Assembly: GCA_044349155.1 (NCBI GenBank)
Contig: JBIKRQ010000001.1
Location: 6,418 to 70,417 of the forward strand
Reading direction: 5' to 3'
Source of the DNA: Myxococcota bacterium
GTDB taxonomy: Bacteria; Myxococcota; UBA727; VGSZ01
Length of the DNA stretch: 64,000 nucleotides
Shown: positions 20,448-33,100 of the stretch, in pieces
Numbering within the stretch: position 1 is the stretch's first letter
How the letters are laid out: each line of letters starts with the position of its first letter
Program-made: the position numbers and the translations under genes
The notes under the pieces: model-generated
Database searches by the model: none
Told to the model about the DNA's origin: nothing
What the model saw: the letters and a program-made list of their open reading frames with translations, nothing else

Positions 20448-21017
20448 TCAGTGCTTCTTCTTGGCCTGCCACGGCACATCGCCATGGCCGTTGCTGTGCG
20501 CCGACAAGCGCGCCCAGGCGAACAGCACGTCGGAGAGGCGGTTGATGTACGTGATCGCCAGCGGTCGCACCGGCGTGTGCCGCGCCAGCGTGACGAGCTC
20601 GCGCTCGGCTCGACGCACCACCGTGCGCGCCAGGTGCAAGCGCGCGGCAGCATCGCCACCGGTGGGCAGCACGAACGTGGTGAGCGGCGGCACGCGGGCC
20701 GTGGCGTCGTCGATGGCGGCTTCGAGCTCGGCGATGCGCGCTGCATCGATGCGGCTGTCGAGGCGTTCGGCGAGGGCACCATCTTTGTTGGGCGGGGTGG
20801 CGAGTTCGGCACCGAGGTCGAACAGGTCGCTCATCACGTGCACCAACGGCTCCCGCAACATCGGCGGCAGGTCGGTGGCGGCGTGGGCGAGACCAATGGT
20901 GGCGTTGGCCTCGTCGACGGTGCCGTAGGCCGACACACGCTCGTGGTCTTTGCCAACGCGTTCGCCACCAAACAGGGCCGTGCCGCCGTCGTCGCCAGTG
21001 CGGGTGTAGAGCTTCAT
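20448..21017 (-). CDS. cob(I)yrinic acid a,c-diamide / cob(I)alamin adenosyltransferase, PduO type
   Basis: [21 protein letters not shown] matches the PduO/MMAB N-terminal signature. GAGGA SD is 5 nt upstream of MKLY; the 5-codon upstream extension is rejected. Confidence 0.75.
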   Translation of the reverse strand: MKLYTRTGDDGGTALFGGERVGKDHERVSAYGTVDEANATIGLAHAATDLPPMLREPLVHVMSDLFDLGAELATPPNKDGALAERLDSRIDAARIAELEAAIDDATARVPPLTTFVLPTGGDAAARLHLARTVVRRAERELVTLARHTPVRPLAITYINRLSDVLFAWARLSAHSNGHGDVPWQAKKKH

Positions 21018-21131
21018 CGAATCCTCGTTCAAAAGAGTGCAGGCATCGCAGACAGCAGTGAGATGTCAGTGGTGCCGTCGACGTCTCATCCCGAATGGGA
21101 GGTCATTCGGGATGACGCGCGGAGCGGCGGA

Positions 21132-23054
21132 TCACTCGAGGGTGGTGTGTACCGTCGGCACGTCGTCGGTGTGCAGGCTCGTGAAGAACTCCGTCACGAG
21201 TGCTTGCGCGACGGGGTTGTCGAACACGGCGAAGTGGCCGTCGACGGGGTACTGCACGACCGCAGCGGTGAGCGGCGCGTCGTCGTCGGTGCGCAGGTTG
21301 CCGCTCACGGTGGTGTCGCCCACGTCGTCAATACCCAGCAGCGACAGCACTGGCAGCGGTGCTGCAATCGGGCTGGCGAGCGGCACGCTGTACGAGCCCG
21401 CCAGGCCCGCGTGGTTGCGCGGCGGCGTGAACGTGTCGAGCTGCCCCGACGTGACGACGAGGTGCGGCGTATGTCGACCTTCACGATGACGCCACAGCGG
21501 TCCGTAGTTCAGCGGGTCGGCAGGATCGACGAAGGTCTGCAGCAGCGACGGGATCGGATGGAAGGTGTCGATGACGTCGTCAGACGGCATGAGCAGTGCG
21601 GTCTTCAGCACGTCGGCGATCACAATCGGTTCGGTCTTTTCGATCAAGCTCGGCGCGAGGCCCGCACCAGCACCCGACAACAAGGCACCCGTGATGCGGT
21701 CTTCGAGGGCCACAAACAACGCGCCGACAATGCCGCCTTGCGAGTGGCCGAAGTAGGAAAGATGCTCGGCGTCGAAGTGGTGTTCGACGTCGTCAACACC
21801 GCGCACGCGCAGCGTCTGCAGGGCGGTGACCTGCTGCACTTTTTCGAGCGCGCTTTGGCGCCAGTTGTCGCGGCCCGCGAAGGGGTTGAAGAAGTTGAAC
21901 GTGAGGATTTCTTCCTGGCCTGCGCGGTGGCCCAGACGCGTGCGGTGCAGCGGTTCGCTGATGGCCAACATCGCCGAGCCCGCCGCCGTCACGCGCACCG
22001 CTTCGGAGCCAGCACTTCGGCCGAGGCCACTCTCGAGGTCACCGCCGGTGCCGTGCCCGTAGACCACCGCCGGCCACCCTGCAGCGGGCATGTCGCCGCG
22101 CGGGACGGTGAGCACGAACGGCACGACTTCTTCGCGCTGGATCGCCGGCACACCGTCGTCGTCGAAGACGAAGCCGCCGTTGACGCCGTCTTGCGTGTCG
22201 AACGGTGCTGTGCCCGCTTGAAACGCCGCAATCGTGATGGTGCCGTCGAAGACGAGGTACGACAGGCGCGCATCATCGGCGCGTTGCACGACGTCGCTGA
22301 CGGTCGGGACGTAGGCGCGAGCGACGTCGTAGGCCTTCACGAGCCCCGCGGTGCTCTGCTGCGGGGTCACCGATTGCACGAGGGCCACGTCGTAGATGGC
22401 GAGCCCGCTGTCGGTCAGCACCTGGGCCGCGGCGGTGCAGTCGACGTCGCGGTCGAGGGTGGCTGGCAGCGTGCACGACAGCAGCGCGCGCAGGTCGTCT
22501 GACGGGCCGAGGGGCACGCCGTCTGCGCGGTGCACAGTCGACGTCGCCACGAGGGCAAAGCGACCCTGGGGCACAGCGCCGAGCAGCAGGTTCACAGCGA
22601 CGGTCCCGGCGGGCAGAAACGAGGTGCCGTCGGGGTAGTGGCGCCACTCGATGGGGAGGCGGCGGCCGGCAAGCGGGCCATCGAGCTCGACGACAAACAG
22701 GCCGCTGTCGTCGTTCATGCTGGCGGCGGGTGTGGCGGGCAAAGTGCTTTCGTCCACACCGCCATCGACCTTGAAGTAGAGCGTGGACGACCCTGCGAAG
22801 CCGGGGGCGTGGGCGAAGATCGCGAGGTAGTCCTCGAGGGCGGCGGAGTCGTAGGGGTTGGGGAAGGCGCGGAAGTCGAGGGTGCCGTCGTCTTTGACGA
22901 GGAGGTCGGAGGGGTAGGGCGTGTCGAGGAATGCTGTGCGCTCACCGGTGGGGAGCACGAAGGTGACAGGCGCGCGCTCGGGCTCGGGCTCGGGGGTGCA
23001 CGCGATCGCGGGCAGGAGCAGGAACGAAGCGGCAGCAAGCGAGGGGCGCAGCAT
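21132..23054 (-). CDS. secreted lipoprotein with an alpha/beta-hydrolase (GxSxG: GHSQGG) domain, 640 aa
   Basis: The internal start MLRPSLAAASFLLLPAIAC carries a lipobox. The nucleophile-elbow motif GHSQGG is present. The 22-codon upstream extension is rejected. Confidence 0.65.
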   Translation of the reverse strand: MLRPSLAAASFLLLPAIACTPEPEPERAPVTFVLPTGERTAFLDTPYPSDLLVKDDGTLDFRAFPNPYDSAALEDYLAIFAHAPGFAGSSTLYFKVDGGVDESTLPATPAASMNDDSGLFVVELDGPLAGRRLPIEWRHYPDGTSFLPAGTVAVNLLLGAVPQGRFALVATSTVHRADGVPLGPSDDLRALLSCTLPATLDRDVDCTAAAQVLTDSGLAIYDVALVQSVTPQQSTAGLVKAYDVARAYVPTVSDVVQRADDARLSYLVFDGTITIAAFQAGTAPFDTQDGVNGGFVFDDDGVPAIQREEVVPFVLTVPRGDMPAAGWPAVVYGHGTGGDLESGLGRSAGSEAVRVTAAGSAMLAISEPLHRTRLGHRAGQEEILTFNFFNPFAGRDNWRQSALEKVQQVTALQTLRVRGVDDVEHHFDAEHLSYFGHSQGGIVGALFVALEDRITGALLSGAGAGLAPSLIEKTEPIVIADVLKTALLMPSDDVIDTFHPIPSLLQTFVDPADPLNYGPLWRHREGRHTPHLVVTSGQLDTFTPPRNHAGLAGSYSVPLASPIAAPLPVLSLLGIDDVGDTTVSGNLRTDDDAPLTAAVVQYPVDGHFAVFDNPVAQALVTEFFTSLHTDDVPTVHTTLE

Positions 23055-23166
23055 GCGGGGGATGATGGCAGAGCCACGGCACGACGCCAGCCGCACAAAA
23101 CGCAGGTGCCGACGCAACAAACGCTGGACAAGCCCAACAGGTTTGCTAAGAGCACGTCCAGACTTC

Positions 23167-23241
23167 GGGCTCGTAACTCAGCGGTAGAGTATTACCTTCA
23201 CACGGTAGGAGTCACAGGTTCGAATCCTGTCGGGCCCACCA
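23167..23241 (+). tRNA. tRNA-Val (anticodon CAC), CCA encoded
   Basis: Folded by hand. The 7-bp acceptor stem GGGCTCG/CGGGCCC has one G-U pair. The D arm is ACTC/GAGT. The anticodon stem TTACC/GGTAG carries the loop TTCACAC. The T arm is ACAGG-TTCGAAT-CCTGT. The discriminator is A and CCA follows. Confidence 0.9.
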
Positions 23242-23252
23242 AGTCGGCAAGA

Positions 23253-23278
23253 ACCCAGCGGCAACGCTGGGTTTTTTG
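23253..23278 (+). terminator. rho-independent terminator after tRNA-Val (8-bp stem, GCAA tetraloop, T-tract)
   Basis: acccagcg-gcaa-cgctgggt followed by tttttgtt. Confidence 0.8.
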
Positions 23279-23371
23279 TTGCCACCACGTCTACGTGAGC
23301 GGCTTTCACGATACGGCAGGTGGGCAGTCAACAGAGTTGCGGTGCCTGATCGCGGGTGCTATCGACCGAAC

Positions 23372-24157
23372 ATGCTACGGGGGGGCCCAGCACTCGCGCT
23401 TTGTGCGCTCACATTGTTCGGCTGCGACCGGTCGGTTGCGCCCGACCAGCGTCGTGCAGCCGAAAACGTCATTGGCAAGCTGCCCGCACCGATCCGCGAG
23501 CGGTTCGCCACCGCTGCCGGCCGCCGCGAGATGGAGCGCGCCCTCGACGACAAAGCGCTGCTTGTCGCCGAGGCTCGACGACACGAGTTTCACGAACGTC
23601 CAGACATTCGGACGGCCGTGCAAGAACTTGAGAACAAGTTGATTGTGCAAGCGCTGCTCGAACAAGAGCGCGCCACCGTTTCATCGACAGAGCCAGAACT
23701 TCGGGCGTACTACGACGCCCACCGCGCTGACTTTCGCTTGCCCGCGCGGCGTGAAACCTCGCGCATCCTCGTCGCTGACGCTGACCCAACCGCGGCGCAA
23801 CAGCGGATCGATGGCTTGAAGAAGCGCCTTGCTGCTGGTGAGCCGTTCGCGGTTGTGGCTGCTGCCGGAGACGGTGCCGAGCGCATCACATCGGGGCGCC
23901 TCGGGCACGTGAACCAAGCGCAGGAGGATCGCGCGCTCGCCGACGCTGTCTTCGCCGCCGAGGTGGGCAAGGTGGTTGGCCCGGTGCGCGTCCGCGACGG
24001 CCAGGCCCTGCTGCTGGTCACCGCCGTGCTGCCGGCGTCTGAGCAAGCTTTCGAGGCCGTCCGCGGCGTCGTCGAGAACAAGCTGCAGCCGACGCTGCAG
24101 CGTCGGTCGTTTGAACGTCTGGTGGAACGTCTGCGGACGGAGGCTGACCGTGAGTGA
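23372..24157 (+). CDS. parvulin-type peptidyl-prolyl cis-trans isomerase lipoprotein (SurA/PrsA-like), copy 1
   Basis: MLRGGPALALCALTLFGCDRS carries a lipobox. A SurA-N-like helical segment is followed by a parvulin-like core (RRETSRILV...GDGAERITSGRLGHV...VGKVVGPVRVRDGQALLLV). Its stop TGA at 24155..24157 overlaps the start of the giant gene. Confidence 0.65.
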   Translation: MLRGGPALALCALTLFGCDRSVAPDQRRAAENVIGKLPAPIRERFATAAGRREMERALDDKALLVAEARRHEFHERPDIRTAVQELENKLIVQALLEQERATVSSTEPELRAYYDAHRADFRLPARRETSRILVADADPTAAQQRIDGLKKRLAAGEPFAVVAAAGDGAERITSGRLGHVNQAQEDRALADAVFAAEVGKVVGPVRVRDGQALLLVTAVLPASEQAFEAVRGVVENKLQPTLQRRSFERLVERLRTEADRE

Positions 24158-27100
24158 TCGCCACGCAGGCCGGGGGGCCCTCGCGACGTTTGTGACGACG
24201 ACCATCGTTGCTGTTCTGTGTTGCTTCAGCAGCGCCACGTCGGCGGAGCCTGTCGGCGTCTCTGTTCGCCAACCGATACGCGTCGGTTCTTCCACCACCG
24301 TCGAGTTGAGCATCACCAGCAGCGGTGCCCAGGTCGCGGTGAGCGCGCACGGCGTCGACGCCGGTGGCGCCTTTGCCCAGGTTGATGGCGTGACCACCGC
24401 CGTCGACGCCAGCGGCGTGGCACGCCTCTCGTTGCCGTTGCTGCGTGCGTTTCCTGAAGGTGGGCGCCTCGATGTCGACATCGTCGATATCGATACCAGC
24501 GGTACCCGGAGCCCGGCTGTTCGGCGCACCTTCGACGCGAAGGCTGCTGGGCCCCGCTTCGACGCAGAGCCCGCCGTCGAGATCAGTGCCGGTGGTGTCG
24601 GCGTACGCTTGAGCCACCCTACCGACGTGGTCCTCAGTGACGTGCGCATTATCCTCGCCAGCGCCGAAGCGCTTCGTGGCGTCAATGGCGACTTGCAGCG
24701 CGCCGCCGCGTTGTCGGTGTTGTCCGTCGGCCGCGTCACGACCCCAACGCGCGTTGGCGCGACGTCGACATCGTCGTTCTTTCCGCTGCTCGAGAGCCGA
24801 TCGCTGCCTGCTGATGGTGTGGCGCTGGTAGAGGCGACGTTGAGCGACGCCTTTGGTCGCACGTCGAGCCGCTCGCTGGTGTCGTTCGTCGATACGGGGG
24901 CACTCGACCAGTTGCTCAGCTTGTCGATTGGTCAGGGTCCTGTGCTGCTGTCGGCGGGGTTTGGCCAGCGGCTCGCGCTGCCGGTGACGGGGCACTTTCT
25001 CATCGCCGGCGATGTCGACCTGCGCGGCGCCGAGTCGGGCGTCGTGTACACGTCGAGTGACATTGAGGTTGTCGCCGTCACCAGCGACGGCACCCTGGTC
25101 GCACGCAACAACGGCACAGCGACGGTGACGGCGCGGTTCGGCAGCGTTGAAGCCAGTGTCGACGTGATCGTGGACAGCACAGCAGAACTCGTGTCGTTGG
25201 CGATCGCCGCCGCAGACGGCGGGCCAGGCGCAACGATTGAGCTGCCACGAGCCGATGTCTCGCAACGCGTTCGACTGTTGGCGACCCTCAGCGACGACCG
25301 CATTGTCGACGTCAGCGACGCCAGCACCATCTGGGCCAGCAGCGCGCCGGGCATCGTTCGCGCCGATCCTGGAGCGTTGTTGGTGGCGCGTGCGCCAGGC
25401 GAGGCAACGGTCACCGCCACACTCGGGACGCTGCAGGGGAGTGCCCGCGTGGTCGTTCGCGACGGCGAGCCCACCATCACCGTGAGTGCCGCGCAAGCTG
25501 TGGCTGGTGAAGCCTTCGAAGTCACCGCCTACCCCGCCGACGACATTGGCGTCGAGCGCGTCACCTTCTTCATCAACGGCGTCCCTGCCAACGTGCTCGA
25601 AGCCGCCCCATGGACGATTCAGCTGCAAGCGCCACCACGGCCCGGTGCGCAGATCACCGTGGCCGCCGTCGTGACCGACACGGCGCAACAGCCGACCCGC
25701 AGCAGCGACGTCAATGTGTCTGTTGTTGCTGCTCCGGTACCGAGCGCCGTTGCTCTGTCGTTTGTGAAGCCGACGACCTCGAGCTTCCTGGTCGCGGGGC
25801 AGGGCACCACGCTGACGGTATCGGGGGGCTCGCAGCGCGGATTGCAGGCGGTCCGCTTCTACGCCGACGGGACACTCATTGGGACGTCGACAGCGGCACG
25901 TGTGGTCCTCGAGCCCGGCGTTGCAACCGCCGAACCGGTTCAACGGGTGCTGTGGGAAGTGGGCTACACGCCAGCGACGTCGTTGGCTGGTCGCGGCGTC
26001 GTGCTGCGCGCCGTTGGCGTGGAAGCGAGTGGTGCCGAGACTGCAGCGGCCGTCGTCGCTGTTCGCGTTCAGGCAGACACAACCGCGGCGATCGTGATGG
26101 CGGCGCCGCTGGCTTCGCCAGTGCAGGCAACCGTTGGGCGCGTGATGACCTTTAGCGGCACCATCGTCGACGACACGTTGGCGCTGGGGGCCCAACTCAC
26201 CCTTGTTGTCGATGAGCGCGACATCGCGTCGACGAACATCGTGGCGACGACAACAGATGGCAGCATCGCTGGCACGGCTCCGTTCGCTGTTCGCTTTGTT
26301 CCAACAGCGATCCGTCACGAGGTGAGCATCCGTGTCACCGACACGAACAACAAAGTGACATCGCGATCGTTCGTGGTGCTGACGACGACAGAACTCCCGC
26401 CCGAGGTGTTGATCCTGACGCCGGTTGTGGGTGCTTCGTTTGCTGTCGGGCAGCTGGTGCAACTCAGTGCGGCGATCGTCGACGAGAGCGCATCGACGAC
26501 GACGGTGCAGTGGTTCGTCAACGGCAGCCCTGTCGCCACCACAGACCCCACCGGCCTGACCGCGTCATTCCGCGCCGGCGTTGCGCAGGTTGGCGGACCG
26601 GTGACCATCGAGGCGCTCGCCACCGACGACACCGGCAACCCGCGACGTGCTGCGCGCGATATCAGCGTCGTGCCCGACACCAAGGTGCCGGTCGTGAACA
26701 TCGACAGCAGCCTTTCGCCCAGCGTTGTCGTCAACAACGACCTGTTGGTGACGGTCACCGGACAGGACGAAGGCGGCATCGACCGCTTTGAGTTGCTCGT
26801 CGACGACGTGCTGGTCGCGAGCACCAATGCCCCGGGTCAGGCTGGCGACCTCGACGTGGCGCATCTCCTCGTCCCCCGGGCGCAACTGGCTCGCCTCGGA
26901 GCGCACACGCTCAAGGCCCGTGCCTTCGACAAGGCGCAGAACCCGGGCGCATCCCCAGACGTGGCCATCTCGGTCGTCGCTGATGGCCCCCCTTCGGTGG
27001 CAATCGCCAACAACCGTCGGGTTGTCACCGGCAGCACCTTTACGCTGGAAGCAACAGCAAGCGACGACACCCGGGTCGTCGAGGTTGAACTCCAGTGCAA

Positions 27101-30100
27101 CGGCGTGACCACCGTTCGCACGGCGCCGCCCTACACGGCACCTTGCACAGCACCGCTTGCGCCAGGACCGCTCGAGGTTGTGGTCACGGCGCGCGATGCG
27201 ACGCATGCGACGACGGCGTCGAAGACGCTCGCGGTCGTTGCCGACACCAAAGAACCGTTGGTCTCGATCGCGCCCACATCGCTGTCGCCCCACTTCGTTG
27301 GGCGTCCGCTCACGGTTGAAGTGACTGCGAGCGACGACACCGCGGTCGCATCGATATCGCTCACCCTCGATGATGTTGTTCTTGGCCCGCCCCTCCGTCG
27401 TCGCATCGGTTTGTACGAGGTGGCGTCGTGGTCCTTGCCTGGCGCCACTTTCGCGAACGCCGGCCAGCGGCTGCTGGTCGCGAAGGTCGTCGACAGCAGC
27501 GGCAACCCCACCGAGCGGAGTTCGACGCTGTTGGTGGTGACTGATCGGGCGCCTGTCGTGACCATCACAGAGCCGGCGGGGCGGAGCATCCACAAGGAAG
27601 GCGACGACGTCACGATCGCCTGGAGTGCCAGCGACGATGACGGTCTCGTTGGTGCCGTCGGCGTCTCGGGCGGCGTTTTTCAGGGGGTTTTGCCAACCAC
27701 GACGACGCCGACCTCGTTGCGTGGTCAGCAGGTGACCGTGGTGCAAGGGCCGACACGCAGCGCCGAAGCGAGCGTCGGGATCGCTGCGAAGGACACCGCT
27801 GGTCAGGTCACGATCAAGACTGTTGACCTCACCATTCGCGCAGACCTGGAACCGCCGCAGGCCACGCTCGTGCAGCCTGCACTCAGCGCAACGCCGATCG
27901 TTGTCTACGCCGGTGGCGCCCTGGGCATGCGTGTTGAGGGCACCGACGACGTGCGCATCCAGCGGGTTGAGGTCGCCATCGACGGCGTGCCGCTGGCCTC
28001 GCTCGATCGCATTTCCGAAGTTCTCGAGACAACGCGCTTCCCCGACCCGTTTCAGCCGGGTCAGACGACGACGTCGAAGCTGCGTCGGAGCGTGTTTGGC
28101 GAAGTGGTCTCGCTCGCTGGGGTTGCGCAGGGGCCGCACACCCTCAAGACGACCGTCTACGACCTCGCGAACCCCGTGACGCTGCGCGAAGTGCAGATCG
28201 ATGTTCGTCCGTTCACCGACGACCAAAAGCCGGTGGCCACAATCGTGTTGTCGCCCACGCCCGACACCTGCGTTATCAACGCCACGATCGATGTTCGTGT
28301 GACCGCGACCGACAATGTTCGTGTCAGCAGCATGACTGCAACAATCGGCGGGGAACAACGCGAGGTCATCGGGGGAGATGCAACCTTCCCCTACGTCGTC
28401 GCCGGCCCCGTTGGTGCGCGCCGCTCGTTTTCACTGGTGGCTCGCGACGCTGCAGGAAATCAGGGCACCGCCTCGGCGTCGTGCCTCGTTGTCGCCGACG
28501 CCGCGCCGACGGTCGCTGTGACCACGCCGGCATCGGGCGACGTGGTGTACCCAATGGAGACCGTGAACGTCTCCAGCCGCGTGTTCGACGACCGTGGTGG
28601 CACTCGTACGTTTGCGTTCGCGGCGACGGCACTGCCGAGCGTGGTTGGTGGCGCCGTGGCGGTGGGGATCAGCAGCGCACAGCGGTCGCTTGCGATCGAC
28701 GCGGGCGGGGGCGGCGCCGACGTGTCGGTGAGCGCCGGCGTCGTGACGGTGGTGCCGCGTGGCGCCGTTGGGGAAGCGCCCCTGCGCGTGACGTTCGATG
28801 CACCGTCGCGGTGTTCGATCCACAGCGTGTGGCGTACGCGCCTTGGCGCTGACTCCAGTGCTTTGGCGACATTCGTTGAGCAAGCCGAAGCGCTCGCTGT
28901 CGAACACGATTGCCGTGGGTCTGTTGAACTCGACGTTCCCCACAACGACATCGACGTCGTTGCAGTGCAGGTCGACTTTAAAGACGGCGCGCAAGTAGAG
29001 GTTGGCTACGTCGATCGTGTTCCAAGCAGTGTTTCGTACGCCGATGGTGCGGACGCGTTGGCCGTGGCGCTGCGTGGGGCAACGGTGCTGGCGCCGACGA
29101 CGACGACCGTGTCGGCTCCGCTGCGCATCCCCGCAGCAGTCAGCCTGTTTGTTGGCACCGTGGCCATCGACGTTGTTGGTCAGAGCACGCTTGGGGTCAG
29201 CAGCATCTTCGTCGAAGAAGACGAGACCGCTCCGACCGTGACGATCGGCTCGCCGGTTGCGGGGCGCTCGTTCGTCGAGGGCTACGAGCTGCCGATCGAG
29301 GTGTCGTCGGTCGACCGGCTCGCCACAATTGACGTTAGCGTCCTCGTCAACAGCACCATCGAGTTGCCCGCTCGTTTCACAGCAGGCTCGGCCTGGGCGG
29401 CTGTGCATCTGCCATCGGTGCTCAAGCAGGAGCGCACACTGTCGATGGTCGCCACGGCCGTCGACGAAGCTGGCAACCGCAGCACATCGGCGCCTGTCGT
29501 CGTCAACATCGTTCCCGATGCGCGCCCCGCCATCGCATTCACCGAGCTGCGTTCGCCGGTTCAGAGCTATGATGAAGCGGCCTTGTCAGGTGGCGTCGTC
29601 GACATCTTGCAGGGGCAGCGTGTCGCAGTCGCTGCAACCTGTACGGACGACATCGGTGTGCAAACGGTGTCGGCCACGATCGACGGCACCGACCTGCCGC
29701 TGACCCGCTCGGGTTCGTCGGTGCAGATGGCGTGGGATGTGCCGCTGGGCGCTGACGGGACGCCTCACGTCCTCGTGGTCCGTGCAGGTGACGGCACGGC
29801 GTTCACAGAGCGTTCGCTGGTCCTCGTTGCCTTGGTGCCGAAGGCGCCAGTCCTTGGCATCGTCGCTCCGGCGGCCGAGCAGCCGTTGCCCGAAGGCAGC
29901 ATCCGCTTCGTCGTTGACGCGATCGCTGCCGACGACACCGAAGTCGCGGCGGTCGACGTGCTGCTCGACGGTCAGCTCGCGCTCACCATCGATCGCGGCG
30001 AGGCACTGTCGATCGGTGAGGTCGACGATGCGGGCGTCGCCAAAGCGACAGACGCCGCGACGCAAATGGTGCTCAACGAGATGGACCCGGAGCACCGCGA

Positions 30101-33100
30101 TGCGCGTTCGGTCCTGAGGTTTGGTGGCACCATCGACCTGCTGCCCGGCTTTCTCGTCGCTGGCGAGCGCAGCAGTTTTGTTGTCACCGTTGTTGCGCGC
30201 GACATCGAAGGCTACGAAACGAGCGCCGAGCGCACCGTGGTGTTGGTCGATGATCAGACCCCGCCCCACGTCGTGGTGTATCGCCCCGGGCTGGCCGCCG
30301 CGGTTCACGAGAACGCCCTGCTCGAGGTCAACTTCGATGCACGCGACGACGTGTTTGTTGCCGCTGTTGAAGTGCGCGCCGGTGACCTGACCGCCGCCTT
30401 TGATGACCTGGAGATCGTCGAAACGATCGGCGGCTTTGACCTCGACAGCGTGAGAACTGCCGAAGGCAACGACGTTGTCTTCGGCCCGTTCACCGTCGAT
30501 GTGCCGGCACCTGCGAAAGCACCAGACGTCGAGGACTTTGTTGTCGCGATCGTGGCCACCGACGTGAACGGCTTGCGCAGTGCCCCCGAGTACATTGTGG
30601 TGAGCCTGAAGCCCGACACCAGACCAAACCTCTCGCTCGATGTGTCGACCACGGCCGTTGTGGGAACGACACTCCCCGTGCACGCCGACGCGTTCGACGA
30701 CGTCGGTGTTACCCAGGTCGAGCTCACCGTGAATGGGCTGTCGTTTCAGGTGTTGCAGCGTCCGCCGTGGACGTTCCTGGTGCCGCTCACAGCGGTGGGC
30801 ACGATCAGCCTCGATGCGACCGCGATGGATTCCGCTGGCCACGTCACCCCGCTCGCTGCACCCGTTGCTGTCGAGGTGAAAGAAGACACGGCTCCAGCGG
30901 TGCGGGTGTCTTCGCCACAGAACCACGACATTCGCGTCGAAGGTCGACCGCTGCTGGTGCAGGTTGCAGCGAACGACGATGTCGAGGTCGCCGGTGTCAG
31001 CCTCAACGTCGTTGGCCTGCCACAACCGCTTCGTTTGGCGAGTGCCGCAGCACCGTGGGTGTTTTCGATTCCGCTGCCGTTTGGCTCGGCGGGACGGCAA
31101 CTTTTGCTGACGCCAACTGCAACCGATAGCCACGGCACGTCGACGACAGGCGAGACGATTCAGGTCGACGTTGTGGCCGACCGCGCAGCGCCCAGCGTCG
31201 CGTTCCTCGCACCCGCCGACAACTCGCGCCTCGTTGGTGGTCGGCCTTTTGAAATCGACATCGACGCCGACGACAACGTGGGTGTGCAGCGCGTCGAGGT
31301 CGTGGCTCTGATCGGCGGGACGCCAACGCCACTCCCCAGCATTGCCGCTCCGCCGTGGCGCACCGTGTGGATGGTGCCCACCGCCGTCGGTCCGGTGGTA
31401 CTGCGTGCGACGGCGTTCGATGCCTCAAACAACGCGACACCGACGGAAGTCCTTGTGACCGTCGACGACGATACCAAGCCGCTCGTCTCGCTCGTTGGTC
31501 CTGCGAAGGTCACCGCCGGCGTGCCGTTTTCTCTGACCGCAGAACCAAAGGACGACACCGGCATCGCCTACGTTTCGTTCCGCGCCGCCTATGGCACTGC
31601 TGAACCCGTCGAGATTGGTCGGCGCTACCAGCAGCCCCACACGTTGATTCACACCGTGCCGAAGGCACTCATCGGCACCGCGGTGACCTTCTCGGTGGTG
31701 GCGATCGACGACGCACAGCAGCCGGGCGATGCGGCGATTGAGCCATTGGTCGTGCAGGCGGACACGCCCCCGACCGTCGCTGTCAGGCGCCCCCAGAGGG
31801 ACACCTTCGTCTTTTCCGGTCGGAGCATGCAGCTCGAGGTGGATGCCTCCGACCTCGAGACCAACGTCGCCGAGGTCAGCTTCTTCGTGAATGGTCGTCG
31901 CGTTGCGACCCGTACCGCGCCAGCGGGGCTGCCGGGGTTGTCCCACACCTACGTCGCGCCCTTCATGGTTCCGGTCGGCGTTGGCAATCGGCAGTTCAGC
32001 ATGTGGGCGACGGCGACCGACTCGTCTGGCAATCCTGCGATGTCAGAAGTCGTCACCTTTGGAAGCATCGTCGACACCGTACGCCCCGATGCTGCGCTCG
32101 TGAGCCCAGCGTCCCTCGACGTGCTCACCGCTGGGACACCCACCACGTTGCAGGCCACGGCCCTCGACAACGCGTCAATTCAGAAGGTCGCCTTCGAAGT
32201 CGGTGGCTCGCTTGTGGGCGAAGCGACGGTGCCCGTCGTCAGCGTTGCCGGGCAGCCGCAATATGAGTTCGATTGGCGCGTGCCGACGCAGCCGGGCCAG
32301 CTCGTCGAGGTCGTCGCTGACGCCAGCGATCCGACGGGCAACCACCGCCGCACGGCACCGGTTTCGTTTGAGGTTGGCCTCGCGCCCGCCACCTCGGTGC
32401 CGATGAACTCGGTGTCCGTTGCTGCGATCACCCGCGATGGGTTCGTCGCAGCGTTCAACACGGTTCCGCGACCAACCATCGAGCTGAAGCGTGTTGGCAC
32501 CTCGACGACGACATCGCTTGCGTCCATCGCCCTTGGTGACCAAGAGACCGTGCAAGCACTCGCGACCGATGGCCGCCTGCTGGCTGCCGCTGTTGCTGTT
32601 GCAGGCACGACCACCTTGCGCGTGTACGATGTTGGTCTGCCGACGGTGCCCGTGCTGCGCTCGACGCTGGCTTTGAACGAAGCCGACGTCGCCGGCATGC
32701 TCCTCGACGACGGCATCCTCCACATTGCGTCGCCTTCTCGTGGCGTGACGCGTGTGTCGCTGCGTACCCCCAGCGCCCCGCTGCGGCTCGACACGACCCC
32801 GACGGTCGGCAGTGCCCATGCGCTCGCGATTGCCGCCAACCGCTGGCTCCTCGTTGCCAGTGATGGCGGGCTGCGCATCCACGATCTGCGTCATCCACGT
32901 CTGCTCGAGGTTGCCTTCGTTCCGGTGCCTGGCGGCGCGCGCTCTGTCGCGGTTGATGGCAACCGCGCCTACGTCGGTGGTGCTGATGTTTCTGGATCGC
33001 TGTGCGCGATCGACCTCGCCGATATCAACGTCCCGTACATCGTCAGCATCGGCACGCATCGCCCGCGTCGGGCGGACCACCTGTCGAAGGGGTTGGCGTT

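Noticed and set aside
20328-22502. 724-aa plus-strand ORF
   Set aside because: It is antisense to the PduO-type adenosyltransferase and lipoprotein-hydrolase genes. The translation is Arg/Gly/Val-rich junk.
23976-24149. Upstream extension of the giant ORF to the track start at 23976
   Set aside because: It lies inside the parvulin CDS in another frame. GGAGG plus GTG at 24150 followed directly by a signal peptide is a much better start.
23167-24157. tRNA-Val as an integration site of a recent genomic island carrying the giant genes
   Set aside because: Apart from the 53.4-54.7 kb patch, the downstream locus has the same ~70% GC and codon bias as the core genes. No integrase gene and no obvious direct repeat of the tRNA 3' end were noticed. 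The idea is kept only as a boundary remark in the findings.
24018-26462. 814-aa minus-strand ORF, and many similar long ORFs on both strands inside 24.1-53.7 kb (e.g. 26565..28358-, 28431..29408-, 29586..31133-, 32175..33464-, 36327..37331-, 41013..42956-, 46662..48893-, 50433..51863-)
   Set aside because: These are shadow frames of the giant CDS. Their translations are Arg/Ala/Ser/Thr/Pro-rich low-complexity strings typical of off-frame reading in 70% GC DNA. They have no SD and no signal or domain motifs, and they lie wholly inside a continuous, domain-rich frame.
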